Below, one piece after another: positions 1 through 9,735 of a stretch of 64,000 nucleotides of DNA; position 1 is the first letter of the stretch, and each line of letters opens with the position of its first letter. The notes under the pieces were generated by a model. That model had not been told where the DNA came from and did no database searches. It was given only the letters and a program-made list of their open reading frames with translations. Made by a program: the position numbers and the translations under genes. Source of the stretch: Longimicrobiales bacterium (lineage in GTDB: Bacteria; Gemmatimonadota; Gemmatimonadetes; Longimicrobiales; Gaopeijiaceae); assembly GCA_963422615.1 (NCBI GenBank), contig OY730414.1, positions 310,001 to 374,000 of the forward strand. The letters are read 5' to 3'.

Positions 1-789
1 GGCGTTGTTCTCGCTCAAGCTGTAGTTCTCATACTTCGTATACTTCTGCGTGTGGGCCTTGTAGGGCTCGGCCTGGCTGGCGAACTGGATGCGGTTCCGG
101 GTCGGATCACCCTTGTCCGGAAAGTACGGCATGTTCCAGACGAAGTCGTCCGGAATGCTCGCCGCATCCGACGTTGCCCCCGCCCAGTCTCCCTTGAAGG
201 CTTTCACCGAAGCCCGGGCCGCGACCGCGGCTGTGGCCAGGTCGCCGGACCCCAGGGAGGCGGCCTGATCGAAGCGGGCGATCGCTCGATCGTAGTAGAC
301 GCTCCGGGGGCCGGGAGCCTCTCCGTCAATCACGGACTCACAGAAGTTTTCTCCCAAAAGGCGATAGGCATATCCGGCCCAAAGGTACGCCTCCGCCAGG
401 AGCGCCTGGGACTCGGCGCCCGTTTCCATGATCTTGGCAATCCCGTCGTCGCCCCACCAACGGGCCCGCTGGGAAAGGTTCCAGTGCGTGTTGATCGTCT
501 CGTAGTCCAGTTCGCCGTTCTGCCATTCGACCTGAATTCCGAAGCTGCCCGTTGAACCCGAGGGGTGAACCTCCCGGGTGATCGCCGCGCCCGTATAGCC
601 CACCCAGTTCAGCGCTTCCGAGGCAGCCCGTCCGATTCCTTTGACGATGGCCTCCTGCGCGTCCACTTCAAAGAGGAACTCTTCCTGCACCCGTCCCGGG
701 TTGACGACATCCGTGTCGCACGCCGCCAGTACCCCAACCAGAAGGACGGGAAGAAGGATCTTCCACCGTGCCGATTGTGATGTAACCAT
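1..789 (-). CDS. RagB/SusD-family outer-membrane nutrient-binding lipoprotein (C-terminal part runs off the window)
   Basis: Not in the ORF track. Manual translation gives MVTSQSARWKILLPVLLVGVLAAC-DTDVVNPGRVQEEFL..., with lipobox LAAC. AGGA lies 6 nt upstream of ATG 789; in-frame ATGs also at 804 and 813. Directly downstream of the SusC gene. Confidence 0.85.
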   Translation of the reverse strand, partial: MVTSQSARWKILLPVLLVGVLAACDTDVVNPGRVQEEFLFEVDAQEAIVKGIGRAASEALNWVGYTGAAITREVHPSGSTGSFGIQVEWQNGELDYETINTHWNLSQRARWWGDDGIAKIMETGAESQALLAEAYLWAGYAYRLLGENFCESVIDGEAPGPRSVYYDRAIARFDQAASLGSGDLATAAVAARASVKAFKGDWAGATSDAASIPDDFVWNMPYFPDKGDPTRNRIQFASQAEPYKAHTQKYTKYENYSLSENNA

Positions 790-815
790 CGCTGTTCCTT
801 TCATTCGCCCCATCT

Positions 816-3800
816 CTAGAAGACAACCTGGAGGGAGAAGGTGTAGTACGCCGGAGGCGGCACGTGCTCGGACATGGAGCGAACCCGGGTGTTGTAGCCG
901 ACGTTGGCGCCGACCTCCGGATCCAGGGTCCTCATGAGGGGATCCACCCACCGGAAGAAGTTTCGCCCCGAAAAGGTAACGCTGGCCCGGGATGCTCCGA
1001 CCCTGGAGGACCACGCTTCGGGCAACGGAGCCTGGACGCTCAGCTCACGAATCTTGAAGAAGTCGGCGGGCTGGACCGCAAAGTCGCTCTCGTACCACTT
1101 CACGTCACACCGTGCCCGCTCCTCGGCGGTTAGCGCGTTGTACCCCTGAGTCTCCCAGGTGTTGTACGCCTGGAAGCAACCCGCCCACCGAACCGAACGC
1201 CGGGTGGCCGCAGCCTGGGGCCCGTTCAGCATGAAGGCCCCTCCCTGGTATTCACCCCGGGCGCTGACAAGGATACCTCCGGGAAGTCCGACGGTGGTGC
1301 TGAAACCCGCGATCGTCGTCGGCTGATTGGGACCCCAGATGCTGTCGCTTACGATTTCGGGATCGGCGTTCGCATCGGGATTGGCGACCCGCTTGGATCG
1401 AATGACCGGGGCTGGCTGTCCCTCAATCACCCAGCCGAAACCCCCGATAGAGAACTCCGGGGAGCCGCCCAAGGAAATGATCTCCGAGTTCGCGAAGGAC
1501 AAGGTCGTGCCGACGTCCCAGCTCCACACGTCGTTCCGTACGATGGCGTAGTTGATCCCGGCCTCAATCCCGCTGTTTGCCAGCTCCCCGACGTTGGCCA
1601 GCTGGGAGCTGGTGAAGCCCAGGGACGGGGTCTGGCGGACGCTGAACAAGGCGTCTGCGGTCGTTTGGTTGAAGTACGTGACATCCATGGCGAGGCGGTC
1701 TTCCAAGAACGACCCCTCGAACCCGAATTCCAGTTCCGACGTGGTTTCGGGACCCACCTTCGGGTTCCCCACATTACTGGGGACGAAGGCAGGAGTACCA
1801 CCCCAACCCAACGCAGAGAAGGTTCTGACGGCGTCGAATGCGCCGGGGGCCCGTCCGGCTTGGCCCCAGGCCGCGCGGAGCTTCAACGAACCCCAGTCGT
1901 CGTTCCAGAACGCTTCGTCGGAGATGACGTAGGAGCCGGATACCTTGGGATACGCCTGGAGGCCGAAGTCGGAACCAAAGGCCGAATTCCCGTCCACTCG
2001 CACGCCCGCGGTGACGAAGTACTTGTTATACAGATCGAAGACGTTCTGAACGAAGAAGCCGGCGTTGACCACCCGCTCCCGGTCTTCAAAGCCCAGGGTG
2101 TTGCCGGCGTTGTCCACGTCAGGGTCGCCGGGTCCCGGGAAGTTGTCCCCGTATGCAATGGTCTGTTCCGAACGGGTGGTAACGCTCTGTCCGCCGAAAG
2201 AGAGGCCGGAGCGGATGTCCCCGGTGAGTTGGAAGTCCAAGGAACCCACATAGTCCACCGTGAGGGTATTGAATTCGTGGCGGGAGGTGGAAAGGATTCC
2301 CGAACGCGCCCGGATGAAGCCGAAGGGCCTCAGATTTCGGTTGTCCTGCTGCGCCAGGTCGTACCCCACGCTGAACCTGTTGGTGAAGTTGGCCAAGGGG
2401 GAGTACGTGGCCGTCAGTCCCGTGATCACGTGGTCGATCTGGGTGGTGATCTCCTGGTTGAGGAAGGGGTCGATGGCGTTGAAGGACTCGTCGTTGAGGT
2501 AGTTCCGGTCCCTCCGGAAGGTGTTGAGCGTCATCCCGTGGGCGTTGTTCCCCGCCGCCGTGTGGGCAAGCTGGTCGTTGGTGTAAGAGGTATTCCACTG
2601 GAGCTGAAGCGCCTCGATGGGGCTGAAGGTGAAGTTGCCCCGGAGGATGATCTTCTTCTCGTTGTCGTTCGGCAGCACGCCGTCGTCGTTCTCGTAGGAG
2701 CCCGATACGAAATACTGAACATTCTGGGCCCCACCGCCCACGTTCAGGGCGAACTTCTGCTGGTGGGCTCCCATGTCGCTGAACAAACCGTCGTCGCAGG
2801 GCTGTTTCTCCACGACGATGGCGTCGTCGCACTTGGGCTTGTGGCCCCGAAGCCAGGGGTTGATGAAAAGGAAGTCCGAGCGTCCCCCCGACAGGGAGGT
2901 GGGGTTCTCTGACGGAGGCCGAAGCGACGGGTCGGGGCCGAAGGTCAAGTTTCGGGAAAGTCCCTGCTCCACCTGACCCGTCCAGCGGGAATCTCCGACG
3001 CTACCCCTCCGCGTGAAGATCTGAATCACACCGGCGGAGGCTTCCGTGCCGTACAGGGTGGTGGCCGCCGCCCCCTTGATGACTTCGACCCGTTCGATAT
3101 CCTGGGGATTGACGCTGTTGAGCGGGCTGGACACATCGTTGTTGCTCCGCCCCGAGTACCCGATGGGCGGCACGTTCTTGGCAAAGCCTTCGCTCCGTAC
3201 CCTGACCCCGTCTATGTAGATGAGGGGTTGGTTGGACTGGGTCATGGAGACATTGCCACGAAGACGGATCATGGCCCCACCGCCGGCGCTGGCGGAGCTC
3301 TGGGTGATCGACATCCCCGGCACCCGAGCCTGGAGGAGGGCGTCCACGTTGGTGGGGGGTTCCACCACGTCCTGGGCCACATTGAGCTGGGAAACGGTGT
3401 TTCCGATCTCCCGGCGTCGGGCGGCCCCCGCCGTACCGGTCACGACGATTTCGTCCAGGCCCAGGGCCTGGGACCGGATGGTGAAATCCTGCTGAACCGT
3501 GGCACCGGCCTCCACCGTGACGTCAATGTCCACAGTGGCATACCCGAGGCGCTCGGCGCGCAGTGTGTAGCTCCCCGGCGGGACATTCAAGACGATGTAG
3601 CGACCGTTATCGCGCGTGATGGTCCCGAGCCCGGTGTCCACCAAGTAGACCTGCACGGATCCCAGGGGCCGCGAGGTGGTCTCGTCGGTCACCGCGCCGG
3701 TAATCGTCGCGTTCTGGGCGCGGACCGCCCCGGGAACGGCCAGCGCGACCGAGAGCAGGAAAATCCCGCCCCGGCTGAACCGCGGTCGGAACGGAAGGCT

Positions 3801-3821
3801 TCGGACAAACGTTTTGGTCAT
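816..3821 (-). CDS. SusC/RagA-family TonB-dependent outer-membrane transporter
   Basis: N-terminal carboxypeptidase-regulatory-like domain (ITGAVTDE...LGY), LDEIVVTG, plug motifs PLIYIDGV and DIERVEVIKGAAATTLYGTEASAGVIQIFT, and terminal Phe. Start set at ATG 3821 behind AGAAGGAG. Confidence 0.93.
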   Translation of the reverse strand: MTKTFVRSLPFRPRFSRGGIFLLSVALAVPGAVRAQNATITGAVTDETTSRPLGSVQVYLVDTGLGTITRDNGRYIVLNVPPGSYTLRAERLGYATVDIDVTVEAGATVQQDFTIRSQALGLDEIVVTGTAGAARRREIGNTVSQLNVAQDVVEPPTNVDALLQARVPGMSITQSSASAGGGAMIRLRGNVSMTQSNQPLIYIDGVRVRSEGFAKNVPPIGYSGRSNNDVSSPLNSVNPQDIERVEVIKGAAATTLYGTEASAGVIQIFTRRGSVGDSRWTGQVEQGLSRNLTFGPDPSLRPPSENPTSLSGGRSDFLFINPWLRGHKPKCDDAIVVEKQPCDDGLFSDMGAHQQKFALNVGGGAQNVQYFVSGSYENDDGVLPNDNEKKIILRGNFTFSPIEALQLQWNTSYTNDQLAHTAAGNNAHGMTLNTFRRDRNYLNDESFNAIDPFLNQEITTQIDHVITGLTATYSPLANFTNRFSVGYDLAQQDNRNLRPFGFIRARSGILSTSRHEFNTLTVDYVGSLDFQLTGDIRSGLSFGGQSVTTRSEQTIAYGDNFPGPGDPDVDNAGNTLGFEDRERVVNAGFFVQNVFDLYNKYFVTAGVRVDGNSAFGSDFGLQAYPKVSGSYVISDEAFWNDDWGSLKLRAAWGQAGRAPGAFDAVRTFSALGWGGTPAFVPSNVGNPKVGPETTSELEFGFEGSFLEDRLAMDVTYFNQTTADALFSVRQTPSLGFTSSQLANVGELANSGIEAGINYAIVRNDVWSWDVGTTLSFANSEIISLGGSPEFSIGGFGWVIEGQPAPVIRSKRVANPDANADPEIVSDSIWGPNQPTTIAGFSTTVGLPGGILVSARGEYQGGAFMLNGPQAAATRRSVRWAGCFQAYNTWETQGYNALTAEERARCDVKWYESDFAVQPADFFKIRELSVQAPLPEAWSSRVGASRASVTFSGRNFFRWVDPLMRTLDPEVGANVGYNTRVRSMSEHVPPPAYYTFSLQVVF

Positions 3822-3898
3822 ATTGCGGCTCCTTCTGGACCGAGTCATGCCACCAACGGGACGCCCGTGCACCCCGGGTGGTCGGATTTGTGGAAACG

Positions 3899-3927
3899 AA
3901 AGTAAGCCCCAGTCCATACCCTGCCAA
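3899..3927 (-). promoter_or_regulatory. Candidate sigma70-type promoter for susC (TTGGCA-N17-TACTTT)
   Basis: Read on the minus strand about 80 nt upstream of the susC start, with 17-nt spacing. Confidence 0.35.
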
Positions 3928-4088
3928 GGGAATCCCGCCCATTCCAGCCGAAAAGGTTGCGGGAGACGGCAGGGTCTTCCCCGGGGTAGTTGATGGTAGT
4001 GACCGGTGAACCCGGGACGCCGCGGACACCGACGCCCGAGCCCTGCCAAGGCTGAGAAGTTGGCCTTGAGCCTTTGGAAACCCGAAAA

Positions 4089-4469
4089 TTAGCCACCCCG
4101 AACAGTGATGGTGACCCTTGCGCTGTCCACTCCCTCCAAGACGTCTTCCACTCTGGCCCGAACCGTGAACACGCCGGGCGCTTCGTAGGTGTGGCGCATG
4201 GACCCGCTGGCCGTCTGGGCCCCGGCCGTGGCCAAGGAATCGACCCCTCCGTCTCCCCAGGTGAAGACAATCCCGCTCAGACTTCTTCCACCGGCTTCGT
4301 AGAGGACGGAAAGTTCCTCCCCGGTCCGACCTGTTCCCGGTCCGACGAGTTCGACGGAAAGGGGTGTGCCGATCTCGTCTTCCTCGCACGCGGTCACGGG
4401 GAGGAGCAGCAGCAGCAACCGGGTAAACCCGGCGATACGCGTCATGATGACGTTACCCTGCTGCCTCAT
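4089..4469 (-). CDS. Small lipoprotein with PKD/Ig-like domain
   Basis: Hydrophobic signal ending VTAC; PKD-like FTWGDG...HTYEAPGVFTVRARV. ATGA overlap with the upstream gene; alternative start at 4445. Confidence 0.75.
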   Translation of the reverse strand: MRQQGNVIMTRIAGFTRLLLLLLPVTACEEDEIGTPLSVELVGPGTGRTGEELSVLYEAGGRSLSGIVFTWGDGGVDSLATAGAQTASGSMRHTYEAPGVFTVRARVEDVLEGVDSARVTITVRGG

Positions 4470-4954
4470 CGGATCCCGAAGGGGATTCGAATCCCCACGC
4501 GCCGGTCTTCCTCGGGCGGACCCGGAGGCGGCTTTGTGCCTCGGCGGGCGTCCGACAACAATTGGTCCCAGAGAACAAAGCCGATCACAGCTACGCCGAT
4601 CCCCACCATGGAATACGTCCGCCCCCGCGCAAGGGAGCGAAGTTCCAGATCCGCCAGTCCTGCGGCCGGAATCTCAACCCGCTGGCGCAGGGACTCGACG
4701 TGCATCCCCTCCAAACGGGTGACAACCGGAACCTCCAAGAGTAGGCGTCCGGAGTCGACTTCAACCACGGACCCTTCCAGAACCCGGTCTGTGCCGGGAA
4801 GCGGGTCGGCGAACTCCTGACGCTGGTCAGGCGTCAGCAATACCCGAACCTTGTCCCCGTTCCTGACGTCGGCCAAGGAACTTGGCGCGTAGGCGTGACA
4901 CGCTCCGGCAAGGAAAGCAGGAATGGCGGCAAGCAGGGGTCGCATCCGGATCAT
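4466..4954 (-). CDS. Hypothetical lipoprotein with C-terminal transmembrane helix
   Basis: Signal peptide ending LAGAC; beta-rich core; hydrophobic segment MVGIGVAVIGFVLW; operon-like spacing with neighbours. Confidence 0.7.
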   Translation of the reverse strand: MIRMRPLLAAIPAFLAGACHAYAPSSLADVRNGDKVRVLLTPDQRQEFADPLPGTDRVLEGSVVEVDSGRLLLEVPVVTRLEGMHVESLRQRVEIPAAGLADLELRSLARGRTYSMVGIGVAVIGFVLWDQLLSDARRGTKPPPGPPEEDRRVGIRIPFGIR

Positions 4955-4965
4955 GATCCTTCAAC

Positions 4966-7419
4966 CTAACCCGATCCGGGCCGATTCGGCAGCGCCGCCT
5001 CCACGCGGCGGATAACTTCCAGGATTTCCTTGTCCCCGGGCGCGAACTCCAGGGCGGTGTAGAGGGCAGGCAGGGCTTCGATGACCCGGCCCGTATTGAC
5101 CAAGGAGACGGCCAAATAGAAGTGGGCTCGGGAAAGACCGGGGTCGGCGCCAACGGCGGCCCGGTACGCCTCGGCCGCCCCTTGGAAGTCGGCCCTTCGG
5201 AAGCGAGCGTTGCCCAAGTTGAAGTGCGCCAGCGCCTCGGTGGGCCTCGCCCTGATGGCCCGTTCGTAGACCCCCTGAGCTTCGGCTTCCCGTCCCAGAG
5301 CTTCCAGTCCCAACCCCAAGTTCACCAGGGCGACCGGGTGCCCGGGAGAGTGGCGAAGCGCCTCCCCGTACATCCGCACGGACTGCTCGGTTTCTCCGGT
5401 AGCAGCCAGACCGGAGGCGAGCCCCACGAGCGCCTCGGGACTGGCGGGCCGAACCTCCGCGGCTCTTTGCAGAAAGATCAGGGCCGCGTCGGGGCCGCGT
5501 ACACGCGCAGCGACGGCGGCCCACTGGGAGAGCGCCTCGGCCCACCGAGCTCGGAAACCGGCGGGGTCGGGCGCCCCCCGGAGCCAGCCATCCAGAAGGG
5601 AGCGGACATCGGGGTTGCCTCCCCGCACAACATGAAGAGCGGCCGCGGCAACGGCGCGAACATCTTCGTCGTCATCTTCCCCGAGAAGGGCAAGGGACCG
5701 CCCCGGGGCATCGTTGAGGCCGGGAGTAGGGCCAGGAGCACCTGGAGGGTCGGGGACGAAAGGGTCGGGATCGCCAAGGTCGGGCGAGGAGTTGTCAAGC
5801 CGGGCTTGGCCCCGCACCCAGGCGTCAATGGCCATCAGTTTGGTCAGGCCATACCTGTTGCCCAGGGCGGCTGCCGCTGCCAGGGCGCCGTCGCGCTGGG
5901 CATCCCCGGTGCCGGGAGCCGTGGCAGCGACGAGCGCGGTCACGCTGGGGCGGTAAGGCTTGATTTCTCCCCACCATTCGGACACTTGCCGGGCCAGCTC
6001 CATCGGAGAGCGTTCCCGGTGGCACATCGCGCACGCCGATTCCAGTCCGACTCCTTCATCAAAGCCTGGGCGGGGTATGGGAATCGTGTGGTCGGAACGG
6101 GCATAGGGCACCGCGTCCGTCAGCTCTGGGTGTTGCAGGTAGGGCATGTGGCAGGACACGCACCGAGCGCCGGCAGAACCCGGGGGGTGAAAGGTGTGGG
6201 CCTGGGGATCCGCCGCCTTGCTGGCGTGGCAGGCCGTGCATTGGCCGTCGTCGTAGCGCCCGTTCAGGGGTGCGCCGAAGGGGTCGCGGTAGCCCTGGGA
6301 GTGCGGGTCGTGGCAATCCGTGCACGTCATGGACCCGGAGAGGTAGCAGGCGCTGCTCCTGTGGGTCTGTTGGTACCCGAAGGTCCGAACTCGACCGTCG
6401 GGGAGGTAGGGCGAATCGCCAATAACCGGAAGTCCTAGACTGTAGTCCTCCGCTGTGCCGGCAGGAGGATCCGCCAAGGCACGCTTGAGCGCATGGCACT
6501 GAAAACACACCTGTAACGAGGCGTCGGTATCCAGGGTGTCCAACACCGGGAGGCCCAGAACGGAAGAGGCGGCGAGAGAGCCGGAGCGAGCCTTCTCCAC
6601 ATGGTCCTGTCCCGGACCGTGGCACGACTCGCAGTTGATCCGAAGGGTGGCCAAGCGGGTGTTGTACCGTCCCATTTCCGGCAGATACTCGACGTCGATC
6701 TGGCTCCCGTGGCAGTTCTGACAGTTGGCGAACCTCCGGTTGGTACCCAGAATCCGAGTCGGCGGCCAGTCGCCGCACTCGGCCAGCCGCATCTCGTTGG
6801 TGATCGGTTGCCATCCCGCATCGGCCCGGAGGCGCGCCCGGTCCGCCCCCGGCACCCAGAAGCCGGCCACGAAGGCCGTGTTGCAGAACCACAGGTCTCC
6901 TTCGGCCGAATAGTCGAACGGCAAAAAGCGCTCCGTACCGTCGGCGAAGCGGGAGATGAACCCCTGGGTTCCGCCCCCCACCATGTGGCCCCGCCCGATC
7001 ACCCCGGAAACCACGTAGCGCAGCGGGGGCCGGGCCGGACGCTCCACGACGAAGACGTACCGGCCCTCCGGGTCAGTGACCGGTCGGACGACAGCATCGG
7101 CAAAACGGATGGGGGGACCCTCGAAAGGGGCGATTACGGTCTCCGGCGTCGCCGGCCCGCCGGCGGTGCCGTGGGTGGAGGCCGCCCATGCACCGTATTG
7201 TTCTTCGTGGCAAGCCCGGCACGCTTCCGAGCCCGAGAAGCCCGGTGCCGATTGGTGGGAGGAGCCCGCTTCCCTCCGGACGGAAGCGGAAGTCCCCGTC
7301 CCTTCGCCACCCTTTGAAGGGGACAGAACAGCGGCAAGGGCGACTGCCCCCGAAAATACCGCAACCAGGAGCGCAACGGCGGCGCGATGGGAACCGGAAC
7401 CGGGCTCTCTTATGGGCAT
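4966..7419 (-). CDS. Multiheme (8 CXXCH) c-type cytochrome with C-terminal TPR repeats
   Basis: CRACH, CQNCH, CESCH, CFQCH, CTDCH, CTACH, CVSCH, CAMCH; N-terminal hydrophobic anchor; TPR consensus segments (ALVNLGLGL, AHFNLGNA, AHFYLAVSL). Start uncertain (7419 or 7452). Confidence 0.88.
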   Translation of the reverse strand: MPIREPGSGSHRAAVALLVAVFSGAVALAAVLSPSKGGEGTGTSASVRREAGSSHQSAPGFSGSEACRACHEEQYGAWAASTHGTAGGPATPETVIAPFEGPPIRFADAVVRPVTDPEGRYVFVVERPARPPLRYVVSGVIGRGHMVGGGTQGFISRFADGTERFLPFDYSAEGDLWFCNTAFVAGFWVPGADRARLRADAGWQPITNEMRLAECGDWPPTRILGTNRRFANCQNCHGSQIDVEYLPEMGRYNTRLATLRINCESCHGPGQDHVEKARSGSLAASSVLGLPVLDTLDTDASLQVCFQCHALKRALADPPAGTAEDYSLGLPVIGDSPYLPDGRVRTFGYQQTHRSSACYLSGSMTCTDCHDPHSQGYRDPFGAPLNGRYDDGQCTACHASKAADPQAHTFHPPGSAGARCVSCHMPYLQHPELTDAVPYARSDHTIPIPRPGFDEGVGLESACAMCHRERSPMELARQVSEWWGEIKPYRPSVTALVAATAPGTGDAQRDGALAAAAALGNRYGLTKLMAIDAWVRGQARLDNSSPDLGDPDPFVPDPPGAPGPTPGLNDAPGRSLALLGEDDDEDVRAVAAAALHVVRGGNPDVRSLLDGWLRGAPDPAGFRARWAEALSQWAAVAARVRGPDAALIFLQRAAEVRPASPEALVGLASGLAATGETEQSVRMYGEALRHSPGHPVALVNLGLGLEALGREAEAQGVYERAIRARPTEALAHFNLGNARFRRADFQGAAEAYRAAVGADPGLSRAHFYLAVSLVNTGRVIEALPALYTALEFAPGDKEILEVIRRVEAALPNRPGSG

Positions 7420-7659
7420 GGGCCGCCCCGCAGTCGACGGAGCTTGGGCCAACCGCGCGGGGCCGAACCGCTCCTGTCCGTCGGCGTTCCGATTCCCCGT
7501 CGGGGACTTGGTGCCCAGCCCATGTTATGGAACCAGACTTATCTTTGATTGTGTCGGAAGGAATGGCCGGAGGCCAAGCGGCAGTAGCACGATCAGGACA
7601 GTAGCACCATGAGGTTAAGGAGCGGGCCCACAACGGCAACCGCAAGAGGAACGGACAAG

Positions 7660-9735
7660 ATGCAACGTCGGGTTGAAGATTCCGTAAACACTAGCGCTCG
7701 GGACCCGTACTCCCCGCCTGATGACGGGGGCCAGAGCAGCCCGCAGCACCGAACGCTCATCGATGCCGCATTGTCGCGGGAAGTGGCCGAACACGCTCGA
7801 GAGCGGCAGTGGCGTAAGCGGAGCTTCATGAGGGAACTCTTCGATGGCCGCCTTTCCCTGGACCTCGTTTACCCGCACCCGGTTCAGGACGCCGAAGAGG
7901 CGGATCGGGCGGCCCCCTTCCTGGAACGGCTGGAACGGTTCCTCCGGGAACATGTGGACGGGGACGCCGTGGACCGAGACGAGTGGGTCCCGGACTCGGT
8001 CTTGGACGGGCTCGCCCGGTTGGGCGCTTTCGGGATCAAGATTCCCCGGAAATATGGCGGCCTCGGGCTTTCCCAGTTGTCCTACAACCGGGCCCTCTCC
8101 CTGGTGGCCGGGCGTTGCGCTTCTACCGCAGCCTTCCTGTCGGCCCACCAATCCATCGGAGTTCCCACGCCCCTGGTGCTCTTCGGGACGGAAGAGCAGA
8201 AGCAAAAGTACCTTCCCAGGGCGGCCGCCGGGGCCCTCTCCGCCTTTGCCCTGACCGAGCTCATGGTGGGATCCGATCCCGCCAATATGTCCACCTTCGC
8301 CCAGCCTTCCCAGGACGGGAAGCACTACACGCTGAACGGCGAAAAGCTGTGGACGACCAACGGCCCTCGGGCTGAACTCCTGGTGGTCATGGCCCGCACC
8401 CCGGCCAGAGAAGGGGTAAGAGGCAAGCGTCCGATCAGCGCATTCATCGTGGAGACGGACTGGCCCGGTGTGGAGACCGTCCAACGGTGCCGGTTCATGG
8501 GATTGAAGGGCATTTCCAACGGTGTCCTCCGTTTTCAAGACGTGAAGGTCCCCCGGGAGAACCTTCTGTGGGGTGAAGGAATGGGGCTCAAGCTCGCCCT
8601 CATCACCCTCAACACCGGGCGCCTCGCCCTGCCGGCCTTCTGCAGCGCGTCTGCCAAGGTGTTCCTGGGGAGCAGCCGAAAATGGGCCGCGGAGCGGGTG
8701 CAGTGGGGCGCCCCCGTCGGGGAGCACGATGCCGTCGCCCAGATGCTGGGACGGATGGCGGCGGAAACGTATGCCATGGAGGCCGTGGTCGATCTGGCGG
8801 CGGCAATGTCCGACACGAAGGAGCTGGACATTCGTCTGGAAGCCGCCACGGCAAAGCTCTGGCACAGCGAGAAAGCGTGGGATCTGGTGAACGACGCCGT
8901 CCAGATTCGGGGAGGCCGGGGCTACGAAACCGCCGATTCCCTCCGGCAAAGGGGGGAGGACGCGGCCCCCCTGGAGCGGTACCTCCGAGATTCGAGAATC
9001 AACATGATTTTTGAAGGCTCCAGCGAGATCATGCGCCTGTTCATTGCCCGGGAAGCGGTGGATCGGCATCTCTCCGTGGCCGGCGCCGTGGTGGACCCCC
9101 GGGTGCCAACGGGCCGCCGAGCCCGGGCGGCACTGAAGGCCGCTCTTTACTACGCGGGTTGGTACCCGGCGCGGTGGCTGGGGTGGGGTCGGTGGCCGCG
9201 CTACCGGGCCTTCGGACCCCTCGCCCGACATGTTCGCTACGCGGATCGGACTTCCCGAAAGCTGGCCCGTTCCTTTTTTCACCGAATGATTCGGTGCGGA
9301 GCCGGGCTGGAGCGGCGGCAGGCCCTGCTGGCCCGCCTCGTGGACATTGGCAGCGACCTCTTCGTGATTACCGCCTGCTGCGTCCGGGCCGCGGCCGATG
9401 CAAGGGAGAATCCGGGGGACGAGACGCCCGCCGAGCTGGCGGACGCGGCGTGCCGACTGGCGCGGCTCAGAATCGGAAGCCATTTCAAGGCCCTGGGCCG
9501 GAACGAGGACACGAATACGTACCGCCTCGCCCGGAAGGCGCTGAAGGGCCGATACGCGTGGCTCGAGACCCAGGTCGCTCCTGCACGCCCGCACCTGGCC
9601 GAGGAGCCGCTGACCGGCCCGAAACGCAACCCCACCCAGGCCAGCGGGGCGAAGGTGGCCAGCGGGACGGGGAACGGCAAACGTGTCAATGAACCGGGAG
9701 CGCAGCGGGGGATCCCGGAGACGGTGGAAACATAA
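7660..9735 (+). CDS. Long acyl-CoA dehydrogenase (FadE10/VLCAD-like)
   Basis: AFALTE..GSD, LNGEKLWTTNG, LNTGRL, QIRGGRGYE, RINMIFEGSSEI, plus a C-terminal extension. ORF is open from 7609. Confidence 0.92.
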   Translation: MQRRVEDSVNTSARDPYSPPDDGGQSSPQHRTLIDAALSREVAEHARERQWRKRSFMRELFDGRLSLDLVYPHPVQDAEEADRAAPFLERLERFLREHVDGDAVDRDEWVPDSVLDGLARLGAFGIKIPRKYGGLGLSQLSYNRALSLVAGRCASTAAFLSAHQSIGVPTPLVLFGTEEQKQKYLPRAAAGALSAFALTELMVGSDPANMSTFAQPSQDGKHYTLNGEKLWTTNGPRAELLVVMARTPAREGVRGKRPISAFIVETDWPGVETVQRCRFMGLKGISNGVLRFQDVKVPRENLLWGEGMGLKLALITLNTGRLALPAFCSASAKVFLGSSRKWAAERVQWGAPVGEHDAVAQMLGRMAAETYAMEAVVDLAAAMSDTKELDIRLEAATAKLWHSEKAWDLVNDAVQIRGGRGYETADSLRQRGEDAAPLERYLRDSRINMIFEGSSEIMRLFIAREAVDRHLSVAGAVVDPRVPTGRRARAALKAALYYAGWYPARWLGWGRWPRYRAFGPLARHVRYADRTSRKLARSFFHRMIRCGAGLERRQALLARLVDIGSDLFVITACCVRAAADARENPGDETPAELADAACRLARLRIGSHFKALGRNEDTNTYRLARKALKGRYAWLETQVAPARPHLAEEPLTGPKRNPTQASGAKVASGTGNGKRVNEPGAQRGIPETVET

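Noticed and set aside
4030..4051. Possible sigma54 -24/-12 element (TGGCAG...GC) on the minus strand
   Set aside because: It lacks the TTGC -12 consensus; too weak in GC-rich DNA.
3822..4088. Riboswitch (cobalamin/TPP) upstream of the TonB-dependent transporter
   Set aside because: No conserved B12-box or TPP core recognised by eye; an Rfam/Infernal scan would be decisive.
4481..4496. Palindrome GGGGATTCGAATCCCC resembling a tRNA T-arm
   Set aside because: It is inside a CDS (encodes GIRIP) and I could not build a cloverleaf around it.
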